The notes: generated from the sequence alone by a model not told the origin. Shown: positions 1-10,010, counted from the first letter of the stretch. The stretch: 32,000 bases of DNA from an uncultured archaeon (GCA_964510585.1 CAZECW010000193.1:33930-65929), one strand, 5' to 3'. Numbers and translations: made by a program.

Positions 1-573
1 TCTGTATTTGTCTTGATCCGCCTCTAGTATTTCTGCTTTTACTAGTTTTTCTAGTGATTCCTCAATAGTTGCTTCCTCCAATCCCAACTTTAGTAAATCC
101 TCTTTGGCAGCCTCCCCTTTTTCAACTATGAATTCAAGGATTTTACCTATGGCAGTTGTGGAATCGCATCCCAAGAGGTCGCAGATTTTTCTATTCTCAG
201 GATAGTTTACTTTTAATGAGTTGATGTTGTAGTTTTTTTCGTCTATACTATCAAACCAGCCTGCGAAGGCTGCGACTCGACCGACTAGTGAGAGTTGAGC
301 TAGGGCTACCTTTTGTTCGCTTGCAAATTTTAGGATGACTGTGATGCCGCTTGACACGCGTAGAATGAGGTAGTTTCCCGTGGAGAGAAAATCGCCCACC
401 TTTAATTGGGGGAAAAGGTTGATTAAATCCCTTAATACTTCGTTGTCATCGAAATTATATTGGTAAAGAATTTTTCCCGAGTTGGCGACAACCACTCCTC
501 CCACCGGCCTGCCACTTCCACACTGCGCAAAAACATTTTTGAAAGCCAGTTCGGGGTTTATCTCCAAAGACAC
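1..573 (-). CDS. Hypothetical protein, runs off the left edge; roadblock/profilin-like N-terminal region and possible C-terminal winged helix
   Basis: Not in the ORF track. Translated by hand from GTG at 573, with GAGGT just upstream: MSLEINPELAFKNVFAQCGSGRPVGGVVVANSGKILYQY...AAKEDLLKLGLEEATIEESLEKLVKAEIL, with no stop before position 1. It lies directly downstream of the GTPase. The domain call is a pattern impression. Confidence 0.6.
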   Translation of the reverse strand, partial: MSLEINPELAFKNVFAQCGSGRPVGGVVVANSGKILYQYNFDDNEVLRDLINLFPQLKVGDFLSTGNYLILRVSSGITVILKFASEQKVALAQLSLVGRVAAFAGWFDSIDEKNYNINSLKVNYPENRKICDLLGCDSTTAIGKILEFIVEKGEAAKEDLLKLGLEEATIEESLEKLVKAEILEADQDKYR

Positions 574-625
574 CGACCTCTAGAAATACTATTTTGGGAG
601 CTTAAGGGTCAAACATCTATTTTCT

Positions 626-1186
626 CTAGGATGTTTCCTCACTCAAGTTCAGGTACTTGGTTGCAATCATTTTTACCAGTTCTTTGAGCAGTTCTTTTGT
701 GCCGTCGCCGCGTAGGGCTGAAGTTTCAAAGTAGTCTATTCCCAGTTTTTCACAAAACTTTTTTGCTTGCTCTGTGGATACATGTCCCTTATCTATTTTC
801 CTTATGTCGATTTTATTTCCAACTATTATTTTGGGAATACCGTCAACGTTTTCCTGCTTCATTATTTTTAACCATTCCTTGATGCCCTCAAGAGTCTTAG
901 GCTGGGTAACATCAAACATTAATACAGCGGCCTTTGCTCCCTTATAAAAAGAGCCGGAAATTTCGCGAAACTGGTCTTGGCCCCCGATGTCCCAGAAATG
1001 CAGCCAGATTTCCTGTTTTGAATGTTTTACGTCAATGAGTCCAAAATCAACCCCTATAGTTGTACGGTATATGGGATCAACCAATCCCTCAGTGTATCTT
1101 TGCTTAATGGTGGTTTTTCCCACCCCACCGTTACCCAGTAAAAGCACCTTAAATATGTACTTTTCTTTCAAGAGAGTTAACCTCAC
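626..1186 (-). CDS. Rab-like small GTPase (Ras superfamily)
   Basis: G1 GNGGVGKT, switch I YRTTIGVDF, G3 WDIGGQ, G4 NKID, G5 ETSAL; RabF-like FYKGA and LMFDVT. No C-terminal prenylation cysteines. The true start may be TTG at 1171, after GAGGT. Confidence 0.93.
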   Translation of the reverse strand: MRLTLLKEKYIFKVLLLGNGGVGKTTIKQRYTEGLVDPIYRTTIGVDFGLIDVKHSKQEIWLHFWDIGGQDQFREISGSFYKGAKAAVLMFDVTQPKTLEGIKEWLKIMKQENVDGIPKIIVGNKIDIRKIDKGHVSTEQAKKFCEKLGIDYFETSALRGDGTKELLKELVKMIATKYLNLSEETS

Positions 1187-1290
1187 TCACAGTGCCTGTT
1201 GCTACAATTTTATTTTTCCGCTAAAAATAAATAGCTTTTGGCTCTTAAGATTTTTCATATTACAACTTTTAGTTTTGTGGGGTTTCTCCT

Positions 1291-2295
1291 TTGATTCACG
1301 CTCTACTTATTATCACGCAAGACGGAATGGGGCACGTAGCATTTGATGATGGCTTGGGTATTAATTTCACTCTTTTTTCGGGCATGCTGATGGCCTTAAA
1401 CAAGTTTCTATCCCAGATTTTTGGTGGGGAACAAATTAACCGTGAAATTGAACTTGAACTGTACTCGCTTCTACTTAGGGAAACAGGTAAGGGTCTATGG
1501 GTTTGTATTCACGATGCGTCTGATAATATGGAACTTATGTATTCAAAATTGGACCAACTAATCAGTTTGATTGAGAAGGAGGTAGACTTCGAAAATGACT
1601 TGAAAGGTACTTTAGATCTGGATGCCAAATTAAAGAAGAAAATAGAAAAAATTGTTAAAATTAAAACCGTACCCAGATCACTTCAATCATTCATAAGTAA
1701 AGAGATTAACTGGCTATCCGAGGGACGAATGATAAATATTATTCTCCAGAATGTCTACCTTATTTCTCTGGAGGGAGGAATAGCTTCCAGCTGGGAAAAA
1801 GAAGCCAAACCGGACATCGGCACCCGCTACGCATGTTTAAAGATGCTAAAAAGCCTACCCAACACTGTGAATCTCAAACTGGAGCTTTCCATCAAACACG
1901 AGGCTGGAACTGAGGAGTGGCGGTTCAGAAGAATAGGGGATAGCGAATTTTTCCTATTTCTGAGAGCGATTATGAACGAGGGCTCAAGAGCTCTCTTCGG
2001 GATTCTAGTCGACAAGATAGTGGAAGGTCTAGTTGATGTACTAAAAGAGAAAGCCTCCATCGAACCAATAGTAGAACCCAGCGCCATTCTCCCCCCACAG
2101 AAGCCACTAGCAACCCTAAAGCAGAAAAAACAGGTCACCCTTATGAAGGAGGAGAAAATTCCCAAGGACGAGGAATTATTAACCAGTTTAGAAACCCTTG
2201 TTCAGAAGGTAGCAAAAAGAATCAAAACACTCTCAACGATAGAAGTCAAAGAAGAGAATATTAAACCAACCAAAAGGGCCGAGGTGGATGATTAG
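1291..2295 (+). CDS. Longin-domain-like protein, possibly two longin/roadblock-like folds, plus a charged tail
   Basis: The N-terminus MIHALLIITQDG...LFSGMLMALNKFLSQIFGG matches the longin pattern (beta-beta, then the L-x-SG-x-L-x-A-x-x-x-F helix). Divergent from the Rab-like gene. Confidence 0.6.
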   Translation: MIHALLIITQDGMGHVAFDDGLGINFTLFSGMLMALNKFLSQIFGGEQINREIELELYSLLLRETGKGLWVCIHDASDNMELMYSKLDQLISLIEKEVDFENDLKGTLDLDAKLKKKIEKIVKIKTVPRSLQSFISKEINWLSEGRMINIILQNVYLISLEGGIASSWEKEAKPDIGTRYACLKMLKSLPNTVNLKLELSIKHEAGTEEWRFRRIGDSEFFLFLRAIMNEGSRALFGILVDKIVEGLVDVLKEKASIEPIVEPSAILPPQKPLATLKQKKQVTLMKEEKIPKDEELLTSLETLVQKVAKRIKTLSTIEVKEENIKPTKRAEVDD

Positions 2296-2363
2296 CATAA
2301 CTATCCAAAATATAGCCCAAAATTTTATGGATTACTGGGTAAAGTTTTAAATGTCCATTTTGT

Positions 2364-3458
2364 GTGGATTTTTTTACAAAGAAATATGGTGAGGGAGCAG
2401 ATATTAAAGATGGAAAACTGGAGTTCTACTCTCCCCTAATGAATAGTCTAATAAAACCTCTCATCGAGAAAAAGAGGAAGGAACACGAAACACTGTTCAA
2501 CGAAGTTGGAGTTCTAGTTCAGGCGAATTTTTCTCAGAGAACCATCGAGCTATACATGGAAATTTTGAAAAATAAACAAACCATTGAATATCTTTTGGAG
2601 CAGGGTTACAATTTACTTTCAATATCCGGGTTACTGACAAACATTGCTCAAATAAACGTTTTAAGGGCCAAAATTGAAGGCCGCGTTAAAAAGAACTTGG
2701 AGAGCAAGATTGAAGAGGCTGAGGAGAAACTAAACTCGGCTAAAAGGCAACTAAACCAAACCTATGAGAATATAAAGTCCTATCAAGGATTCGAATGGTT
2801 AATATTCGCATACACATATCTTAAAGATGCTGAAACCAGTGTCAACACCCTAAAAGCCAGAGAGGAGGTAGACTCAGAATTATTCTATCAAGCATGCCTA
2901 GCAATAGAGCTATGCAATATTTTCACAGACTTCACCAAAATTGTAGAAGACATCGACGAGAAGGGGAAAAAAGCCGAAGATTTAAAAAAATCCATGAAAG
3001 ACTTCGCCTTTAGAATGATCCAAACCGCAGAATACACTCTCAAAACTGTGCAACCAGAACACGTCAACAATCCCGAAGAGGAATTCTTACTCCTAAAAAC
3101 AACAAACTACTACGTCCCAGTAATGGAGAAGGCATTTAAAGAAGGAGATTACCTCAAAACAATCGACACCGCCCAACAAGTAATATACAATGCAGAAATA
3201 ATAAAAGCAGCATTCCTTCAAGCACCCCAATCCTATATTAGAAACATGATAACACAAAAATTCTTAGAGTTCAACCAACTAATACTCCTAACCAGACAAA
3301 AAGGCAAATTCGACGCGATACTACCCCTATTCTACTATGAAAAAGCAGCGGGGCCCCTGGGTGAACCTTCAAAAATGATAGCAAGCGCAAACCTCTCCAT
3401 GACCCTAATAGGAGTAATGGAACAAGAACTAAGACCATCAGCAATATTCACCACTTAA
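2364..3458 (+). CDS. All-helical protein resembling the C-terminal region of archaeal Lon-like S16 serine proteases (COG1750), with no catalytic domain
   Basis: 364-aa ORF of amphipathic helices. EFYSPLM near the start and ILPLFYYEKA near the end recall the COG1750 C-terminal region. No protease Ser motif is present. The family assignment is tentative. Confidence 0.4.
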   Translation: MDFFTKKYGEGADIKDGKLEFYSPLMNSLIKPLIEKKRKEHETLFNEVGVLVQANFSQRTIELYMEILKNKQTIEYLLEQGYNLLSISGLLTNIAQINVLRAKIEGRVKKNLESKIEEAEEKLNSAKRQLNQTYENIKSYQGFEWLIFAYTYLKDAETSVNTLKAREEVDSELFYQACLAIELCNIFTDFTKIVEDIDEKGKKAEDLKKSMKDFAFRMIQTAEYTLKTVQPEHVNNPEEEFLLLKTTNYYVPVMEKAFKEGDYLKTIDTAQQVIYNAEIIKAAFLQAPQSYIRNMITQKFLEFNQLILLTRQKGKFDAILPLFYYEKAAGPLGEPSKMIASANLSMTLIGVMEQELRPSAIFTT

Positions 3459-4167
3459 AAAATATCTAAAAAATGTTGCTTTGACGAAAATGCATCATCC
3501 AAGCTCACATGACAAAAAAGGGGACACTATTCACAAGGCGGAAACTATAAAGTTACCAATGTGCATTATAGAGCCCAGAAATTTGAATTATTATAAATCC
3601 ATTGAAATTGTTTTAATATCATCAGCTTAAAGACAAAATTCATAACCTAACGTACTCCACGGTTAAAGTGGTTGGAGAAGTACCATTTTTCGTCGAAAAA
3701 GTAAAATGTTTCAAGAATGGAAACATCAAAAAGTAGAAACGAAAACAAATTTTTCGCAAGCCAATATGGTGATTAAGAATTAATTGAGTTCATCCCTTAT
3801 TTTGTGTTCTAAACTGTGAGAAAACGCATAAGCCATATGTCATAACATTGACTCCTAACTTTTTATTTTACTATTGATTTTGCTAACTGCTTGTTTCCAC
3901 CCCTACTCAACCGTGGTTTTCACGGAGTAGCGCTAAAACTTGTTAATTTAGGCTAAGCAAGTGGAATGTGGGGCTTTTCTAGCCTCCTCCACAAGGCTTC
4001 CATGCACCAACAGTTTTTATTGAATATACGGGTGTGTGCCTTTTTGAAATCAAGGCGAACTTCTCTACTTCACCAGACAAAATTATCCAAATACTTAAAT
4101 AATTTAATAGCGCTAAATTATAAAAACCATCTGAATGCAGTGTATGAATGTATGGGAGGTAAGATTT

Positions 4168-5253
4168 TTGGTCGAGGAATGGAGACTAATTTACAATCCA
4201 GAAGGAGATATGGCGGACACCGTAGCTTATCCCGCCGCATTAATAACTGGAAAAATGGTGGGAGCACCAAACACCATATTCATAGGAGGATTCAAAAAAC
4301 TCGGAATCAGCCTAGGATACTTCCAAGACATAGACAGTGAAGTCGACGTAGCCAAGGCACAAGACCTAGACGTGGAAATTGTGCGCAGGCTAGGAGTAGG
4401 AGGAGGAACAATACTAATAGACCCAAAAGGATCAATGGCAATGCTAATGACCTTCAACGCAGACCGATACCCCAACATGGACAAAGCATTCTGCCAAATC
4501 GGCGGTGCACTAGCGCAAGCCTACTGGAGACTAGGAGTAAAACGAGCATATTATGACCATATCGGAGATATCAAGGTGGGTTTTGAGAAGATTACTGGTT
4601 TTGGATTTGCAACTATCGGTAACATAACTGTTCAGAACACTATTTTCAGTTTGGGGCCCCCAGACGTTGAAACATTTTTGAAGGTTGCCAAGATTCCTCC
4701 GGAGAAGTGGAAGGACAAGAAGATTAGTGATGTGAAAAAATATATCGCCAGTGTTGAAACAGAAACCGGGAGGTTGCCCTCCAAGGAGGAGTTCAGGGAT
4801 GCTGTGGTAGAAGCCTTCGAGGATATGTTGGAGGTTAAGTTTGTTGAAGGAGAACTGTTGCCGGAGGAGAAGAAGGCCTACGATGGGAATAGGGCCGTGG
4901 CGCTGTCTGACGAGCACAACTTTAGGGTTTCGAGTGCTAGGAGATTCGCGAAAATTCCCGAGGATTGCAAGTTAAATATGGCGAGGTACAAGTCGCGGAA
5001 ACTTATAGTGGCTCATGTTTTGAGCGATAAGAATGATGTGATAAAGGACGTTATGATTTCAGGAGACTTCTACTGTTCTCCGCTGCCCTATCTGGGAGAG
5101 ATGGAAAAGTCTCTCGTGGGATTGAAGGCTACGGATAAGAATGCTCTAGTTAACAAGATTAAGGAGACCTATGCTAAGCCGAATTGGCAGATTCCCATGG
5201 TTGACGCAGAAGATATCGCATCCGCTATATACATGACTACTGGAAAAATTTGA
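4168..5253 (+). CDS. lplA: Lipoate-protein ligase A family protein with fused C-terminal (LplB-like) domain, paralog 1
   Basis: EEWRLI start, VRRLGVGGGTILID, catalytic-Lys region EKITGFG, C-terminal IKDVMISGDFY. The start was placed at TTG 4168 because GGAGGT lies at 4155-4160. Confidence 0.82.
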   Translation: MVEEWRLIYNPEGDMADTVAYPAALITGKMVGAPNTIFIGGFKKLGISLGYFQDIDSEVDVAKAQDLDVEIVRRLGVGGGTILIDPKGSMAMLMTFNADRYPNMDKAFCQIGGALAQAYWRLGVKRAYYDHIGDIKVGFEKITGFGFATIGNITVQNTIFSLGPPDVETFLKVAKIPPEKWKDKKISDVKKYIASVETETGRLPSKEEFRDAVVEAFEDMLEVKFVEGELLPEEKKAYDGNRAVALSDEHNFRVSSARRFAKIPEDCKLNMARYKSRKLIVAHVLSDKNDVIKDVMISGDFYCSPLPYLGEMEKSLVGLKATDKNALVNKIKETYAKPNWQIPMVDAEDIASAIYMTTGKI

Positions 5254-5307
5254 ACCGCACAAAACACATTCACTTTTAGGCTTGGTTTAACCTTCCTCTA
5301 TTTTTTG

Positions 5308-6424
5308 TTAGGCTAATTCCATTAGGTTGAGATAATATTCGCTTTCTCCATTCTGTACTATTTCTTGGATTATTTTTCCTATTTTTTCTCCTACTCCGGG
5401 GATTTTGGTTATTTTTTCTTCTTTTGTGAGTTTGACTATGTCTTGCGTGGTTTTGAAAATTTGATTTGCGGCTTTTCGATAGGCGCTTCCCCTTTTTCCG
5501 GTTATGTCTAGGAAGTATGCTATTTGTTGGAGTAAGTGTGAGCATTCGTCTTTGATTGGGATTTTTCCATGGAAAAGTTTATGGGGAATTCTTAGTGGGA
5601 TTTCATACTTTCTGCATGCTTCAAGAACGGTGCTGTTTATTTTTTGGTTGTATTCTTCGTTTGCGTGGTATCCTTGTTCACTGCATATCTGGCTGTACTT
5701 TGGGATTAGTTCCGGATGTTTTTCTTGCAGTTTTTGGTAGTAGTATTTTTTCTGGCGATCCCTGAGCATCAAGCCTCCTGCAATGATGAAGCTGGCTCCC
5801 TCCATTTTGGCCCTGGAAACAAGTTTTTCGATGGATTCTGTGCTATCTGAAATAAAGGGTAAGATGGGCATTATCACCACTCCTGTTGGAACTCCCATTT
5901 TTGAAAATTTTCCAATTACTCTGAGTCTTTCTTCTGGTGGGGAGGCTTGGGGCTCCCAGGTTTTCCAAACTTCGTCCTCAAGGCTGGTGATGGAGAAGGC
6001 TACTATGGCTAGGTTTTGCCCGTTTATTTCTCCTATTAGGTCGATGTCCCTCTCCACTAGGCTGGACTTGGTTAGAATGAAAATGGGGAAATTTAATTCT
6101 TTTATTGCCTCAAGCACCCTGCGGGTTACCTCATACTTTTTTCCAGGGGCTGGTATGAATCACCTATCCCTCCACCCACAGCCACGATTCCTTTTTCCCT
6201 GTTTCTCAGTTCTTTTTTCACAAGTTGGGGGGCGTTGACCTTTATGTAAATCTTGCTTCCAATGTCCAAATCCAAATAGTACCTTTCAGACCTTCCATCG
6301 CAATATTCACAGGCATGCTGACATCCCCGGTAAATATTCATAGCATATTTTCCAGAAACCAACCATCGGCATAATTCCTCTCAAGAAGAATACTCCTAGG
6401 CTCAGTTAAAACTTCTATAGGCAT
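5308..6424 (-). pseudogene. SplB/Rv2578c-like radical SAM protein fused to a C-terminal PolX-type helix-hairpin-helix domain; two -1 frameshifts
   Basis: ATG at 6424 (MPIEVLTEPRSILL...DGWF), then YAMNIYRGCQHACEYCDGRS (CxxxCxxC), DSYQPLE, ILTKS, and C-terminal AYRKAA...IPGVGEKIG. The frame breaks at 6356-6358 (T3 where T4 is needed) and 6137-6142 (A6 where A7 is needed). Confidence 0.8.
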
Positions 6425-6538
6425 AACTTACTTGGCTCCCAAACAACTTTAGAAAACCATTTTTAGCCACAATGAAGCAAATTCAAACGTGAAAAATATT
6501 TGAAAAAGAAGGTTATATGTTCTAAGTGTTTTCTGGGG

Positions 6539-7063
6539 CTAGTAGGTTTCCCAATGTATCATTTCTTCCAGGGGTCTTCTTCTGGGCGGGGTTTCGGGTC
6601 TCTTTGAGGGGTAGCCTAGTGCCAAGATGCTGAATGGCTCCACATGTTCGGGGATTTTTAATAATTCTCTTATCGCTTTTTTGTCAAGCACAGAGTCCCA
6701 GCAGGTTCCTAAACCTAATCCGTGGGCTGCGAGCATCATGTTCATTATGGCTGCGGAGGCGTCCATAGGGGTATAGAATTGGCGGGCGTTCTCGTATCCC
6801 TTAGTGTACTTGTTCTGGTTAACGCAAACCACTAATGCTACTGGGGAATCCTTTAGGTAGGGGGCGTAGCCGGATAAGGAAGCCAGTTTCTCCCTCATTT
6901 CCTGACTGGAAACTACTATCACCTCTATGGGTTGACGGTTACCCGCTGTGGGTGCCCATCTGGCTGCGTTAACAATTTTTTCTATGATTTCTTTGGAGAC
7001 AGGTTTGCTTCGGTCATAGTCCCTTATACTTCTCCTATTTTCTATGGCTTCAAAAATATCCAT
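6539..7063 (-). CDS. Nitroreductase family protein
   Basis: RRSIR, ARWAPTAGNRQP, NMMLAAHGLGLGTCW, ALGYP, RRPLEEMIHWETY. Confidence 0.93.
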   Translation of the reverse strand: MDIFEAIENRRSIRDYDRSKPVSKEIIEKIVNAARWAPTAGNRQPIEVIVVSSQEMREKLASLSGYAPYLKDSPVALVVCVNQNKYTKGYENARQFYTPMDASAAIMNMMLAAHGLGLGTCWDSVLDKKAIRELLKIPEHVEPFSILALGYPSKRPETPPRRRPLEEMIHWETY

Positions 7064-7098
7064 TTCTTTTTCCCTTCTTTAGAATAATATTTTAACAT

Positions 7099-8589
7099 TT
7101 ATCTCATGTAGGGGGTTATATCTTTTTTTGCAGCTAAAACAACCATGTTGGCTAGTTCTTGAAGGTTTTTAACTGGGTAGCATTCAGCCCCTGCCTGAAT
7201 ATAATAGTCTACTACGGAGTCGCCGGTGTTCCAGAACTTGGGATCTTCAGGGTTTAGAATCATGAGTCTTTTTGAAATTTTGGCAAGTTTAGCTATTTTT
7301 TGGGCCGAGAGAGGGTATCCTCTTAGGCTGCCGTAGAGTTCTCTTCTTCCGAGGTAGTCTCTGCAATCGCTTAGAATGATTACCGTGGTTTTCTTGGTTA
7401 TGGTTCCCTCCGTTTTTTTGAGAAAGTCCTCGAAGGCTGTTTCCATGTTGCTGCTTCCTCCTCCCCGGTAAACATCCCACCAGTGGCTAATCTCTTGGAA
7501 CAGCCTCTCAACCATACCCGTATCCAGTGCCTTGGTCACAGCCCAGCAGTGATCTGTGAAAATGTAGCCCCTAACTTCACTGAAGGCCTTTTTGATTCCC
7601 AACATTAAAGTTATAAAAAAGTCGGATATCCATTCGCAGCTCCCAGAAACATCACAGAGCAGTACAATTTCTGGCCTTTGAATCTTTCTCATCTTGTAAT
7701 CCAGCTTGACCATTACTCCCCCATACTCAAGGGACTTGCGAATTGACTTGCGAATATTTATCTTACCTCTATCCGCAAGTTTCTCTCTTCTTGAAAGCCT
7801 GGATGCCAGCTGCTTTGCCAGTTTCTTTATGGTTCTCTCAATTTTTTCCACATTACTCACAAGAAAAACCAAGTCTCCCACATACTTGTTAAATTCCAGC
7901 TCCTCAATGTTTTGATAATCCAGTTTCACGAGTTTAGAAATGAGTTCCTCCAGAGGATACTCTCCCCTAAACAATTCAAGAAATTTCCTCTGCGCAAAAG
8001 TTAGAACTTTCTCAATTCTCTCCAAATAGTCCTTAAAATCGGTGGGTTCATCCAGAGCCCATCCAGAGTAAAGCTTCATATACTCTATAAAATTTTTAAG
8101 CATCTTAGCAAAGGTGTCAGGGTCCTTGGTTTTGCTGAGGATTCGCTCCACAAGTTGGTCGGCGGCTCCCTCCAAATCATTTTCATCAATTGCCATACCT
8201 ATCCCTCGGATACCACCAAACCTTGCCAAAACCTCCCGTCTTTGTCCTTGCTGGTCTCGCTGCTGAGGCTCAGTCTGCTGGTCTCCCTCCTGCGATGGTC
8301 TCTCTGTTCTCCGCTCCTGTCTCTCACCTTCGGAAAACAAGTCTCTTAATTGAGAGGGTGCTTTAGGTGTTCTTTTATTTTCCTCCATTATGTTGCAGAA
8401 ATAGAGGTCGAAGATGCGGTCAAAATCTGGCCTGTCTGCTTCATCCTTTATGAGGCAGGCGGCTAAACCTTCCCTCATCACTTCCTTATCTATGTCTAGT
8501 AGTGTGAAGGCTCTGCAGGCGTCTATGGTCTCCGCTAAACCTACCCGAATGTTCCTTTCGCGAAGAAGCCTTACAAAGCCCTCAATCAT
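7099..8589 (-). CDS. coxE: VWA domain protein, CoxE-like
   Basis: FVRLLRERNIRVG N-terminus, INIRKSIRKSLEYGG, MIDAS LCDVSGS, IILSD, LNPE. Confidence 0.88.
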   Translation of the reverse strand: MIEGFVRLLRERNIRVGLAETIDACRAFTLLDIDKEVMREGLAACLIKDEADRPDFDRIFDLYFCNIMEENKRTPKAPSQLRDLFSEGERQERRTERPSQEGDQQTEPQQRDQQGQRREVLARFGGIRGIGMAIDENDLEGAADQLVERILSKTKDPDTFAKMLKNFIEYMKLYSGWALDEPTDFKDYLERIEKVLTFAQRKFLELFRGEYPLEELISKLVKLDYQNIEELEFNKYVGDLVFLVSNVEKIERTIKKLAKQLASRLSRREKLADRGKINIRKSIRKSLEYGGVMVKLDYKMRKIQRPEIVLLCDVSGSCEWISDFFITLMLGIKKAFSEVRGYIFTDHCWAVTKALDTGMVERLFQEISHWWDVYRGGGSSNMETAFEDFLKKTEGTITKKTTVIILSDCRDYLGRRELYGSLRGYPLSAQKIAKLAKISKRLMILNPEDPKFWNTGDSVVDYYIQAGAECYPVKNLQELANMVVLAAKKDITPYMR

Positions 8590-8601
8590 GTCTGGTAACC
8601 T

Positions 8602-9522
8602 TTACCCTTTTTCGCCGTTCAAGTCGAGAAGGTTCTCAATACCTTTACGGGCCACCAGGTCTATGTCACTCTTAACCTTAAGAAGAGTCGAAAGGAGAGA
8701 GTTAACAGTATCCGGATCCAACTCACTTTTACCGATAGCTATGAGAGATCTGGCGAAGTCAATGGACTCCGCAATGGAGGGAACCTTTTGCAGCCTCATG
8801 CTTCGCAGATTCTCCACAAAACTCAATATATTATCCACAAATTCATCATACAGCTGGGGACAGTTGAGAAGTATAATCCTTTTTTCCAAATCCCTTGGGG
8901 GATAGTCCAAGTAGAGGTGTAAGCACCGCCTTTTCAAAGGCTCAGACAATTCCCTCGAACTATTAGAAGTCAGCACAGTAATAAGTTTCTGGTTCGGAGG
9001 AGCCCTCACGGTTCCCAATTCCGGAATCGTGATTTGCCGCTCGCCAAGGAGTTCAAGAAGGAAGGCTTCGAATTGCTCGTCGGCCTTATCAATCTCATCT
9101 ATGAGAAGCACCGCTTCAGGAGACTTTAAAGCGGTTAACAAGGGGCGTTCCAAGAGGTACTCCTCAGAAAAAATTGATTTTTCACCCCCATCATTACCTT
9201 TAAGATGGTTCATCTGAATCCTGAGAAGCTGCTTATGATAGTTCCACTCATAAATTGATTGTTCAGGAAGAATCCCCTCATAGCACTGAAGCCTAATCAG
9301 CGGAAAGCCAAACAGCTTCGCGGTGCAAACACCCAGATAGGTTTTACCGCAACCCGCAGGACCCTCCACCAGAATCGGCTTATCAAGCTGGAAAGCCAGA
9401 AAAAGAGTGGTAACTACCTTCCGATTAGGCAAATAACCGACACTCACAAGTCCATCTTCAATATCCTTAGGCTTAAGCCTCACTGGATTTTCCAAAAGTT
9501 CTCTCGGAAGCAAACCCGCCAT
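8602..9522 (-). CDS. coxD: MoxR-family AAA+ ATPase, CoxD-like
   Basis: Walker A EGPAGCGKT, RLQCYEG, YEWNY.KQLLRIQ, Walker B LLIDEIDKAD, ELSEPLKRRC. ATG at 9522 is preferred over the ORF-track start at 9543. Confidence 0.9.
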   Translation of the reverse strand: MAGLLPRELLENPVRLKPKDIEDGLVSVGYLPNRKVVTTLFLAFQLDKPILVEGPAGCGKTYLGVCTAKLFGFPLIRLQCYEGILPEQSIYEWNYHKQLLRIQMNHLKGNDGGEKSIFSEEYLLERPLLTALKSPEAVLLIDEIDKADEQFEAFLLELLGERQITIPELGTVRAPPNQKLITVLTSNSSRELSEPLKRRCLHLYLDYPPRDLEKRIILLNCPQLYDEFVDNILSFVENLRSMRLQKVPSIAESIDFARSLIAIGKSELDPDTVNSLLSTLLKVKSDIDLVARKGIENLLDLNGEKG

Positions 9523-10010
9523 AAATCCCACCAACAGAACCAAATATAAGACTAAACGGAACAGTATTTTTAAACAAGCTATAAATCTATCTACAACATT
9601 AAAAAACTACAAGAAACACAGGAAAACATTGAGTCAGAAACACAACACCAAACACAGCAAATAAAAAATCTTTGCAAACACAATTAAGAAACACAAGCAA
9701 ATTTATAGCCACACTTGCTCCAGCTTTCATGGAAGGCACTTTCTCTTCCATATTCGAGAGGGCCAATTACACCTGCGACGTTTTTCACCCATAGACACAG
9801 ATCTGTCCCCTTTTTTGAGGGCTGAAAAATCAGATATCTGGTTATCAACGCTTTACCTAAAAAAAGAAGCCGCACTCTGCTCATTGGGAAGGTCTCTGGG
9901 TGGTTCCAGACGTACACCTTTCTTGTGTTTGTGTTTGTTTGGCTTCACTGAGGACTCGTTTAAAAGGATTTTAGAAAAAGGGGGAAGGGAAGACTTAATT
10001 CTTGTGGTTC

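Noticed and set aside
3459-4167. Long intergenic region as an ncRNA or hidden gene, including the CCACGGTT/AACCGTGG inverted pair
   Set aside because: Only an 8-bp match about 250 bp apart, with no convincing ORF or RNA family motif.
5251-5253. TGA ending lplA-1 as a Sec codon
   Set aside because: It falls at the natural end of the ligase C-terminal domain, no SECIS-like AUGA/GA hairpin follows, and the downstream frame is not protein-like.
6126-6362. Radical SAM frameshifts as further BHB introns
   Set aside because: Both are one-base deficits in homopolymers, with no extra sequence or hairpin to excise.
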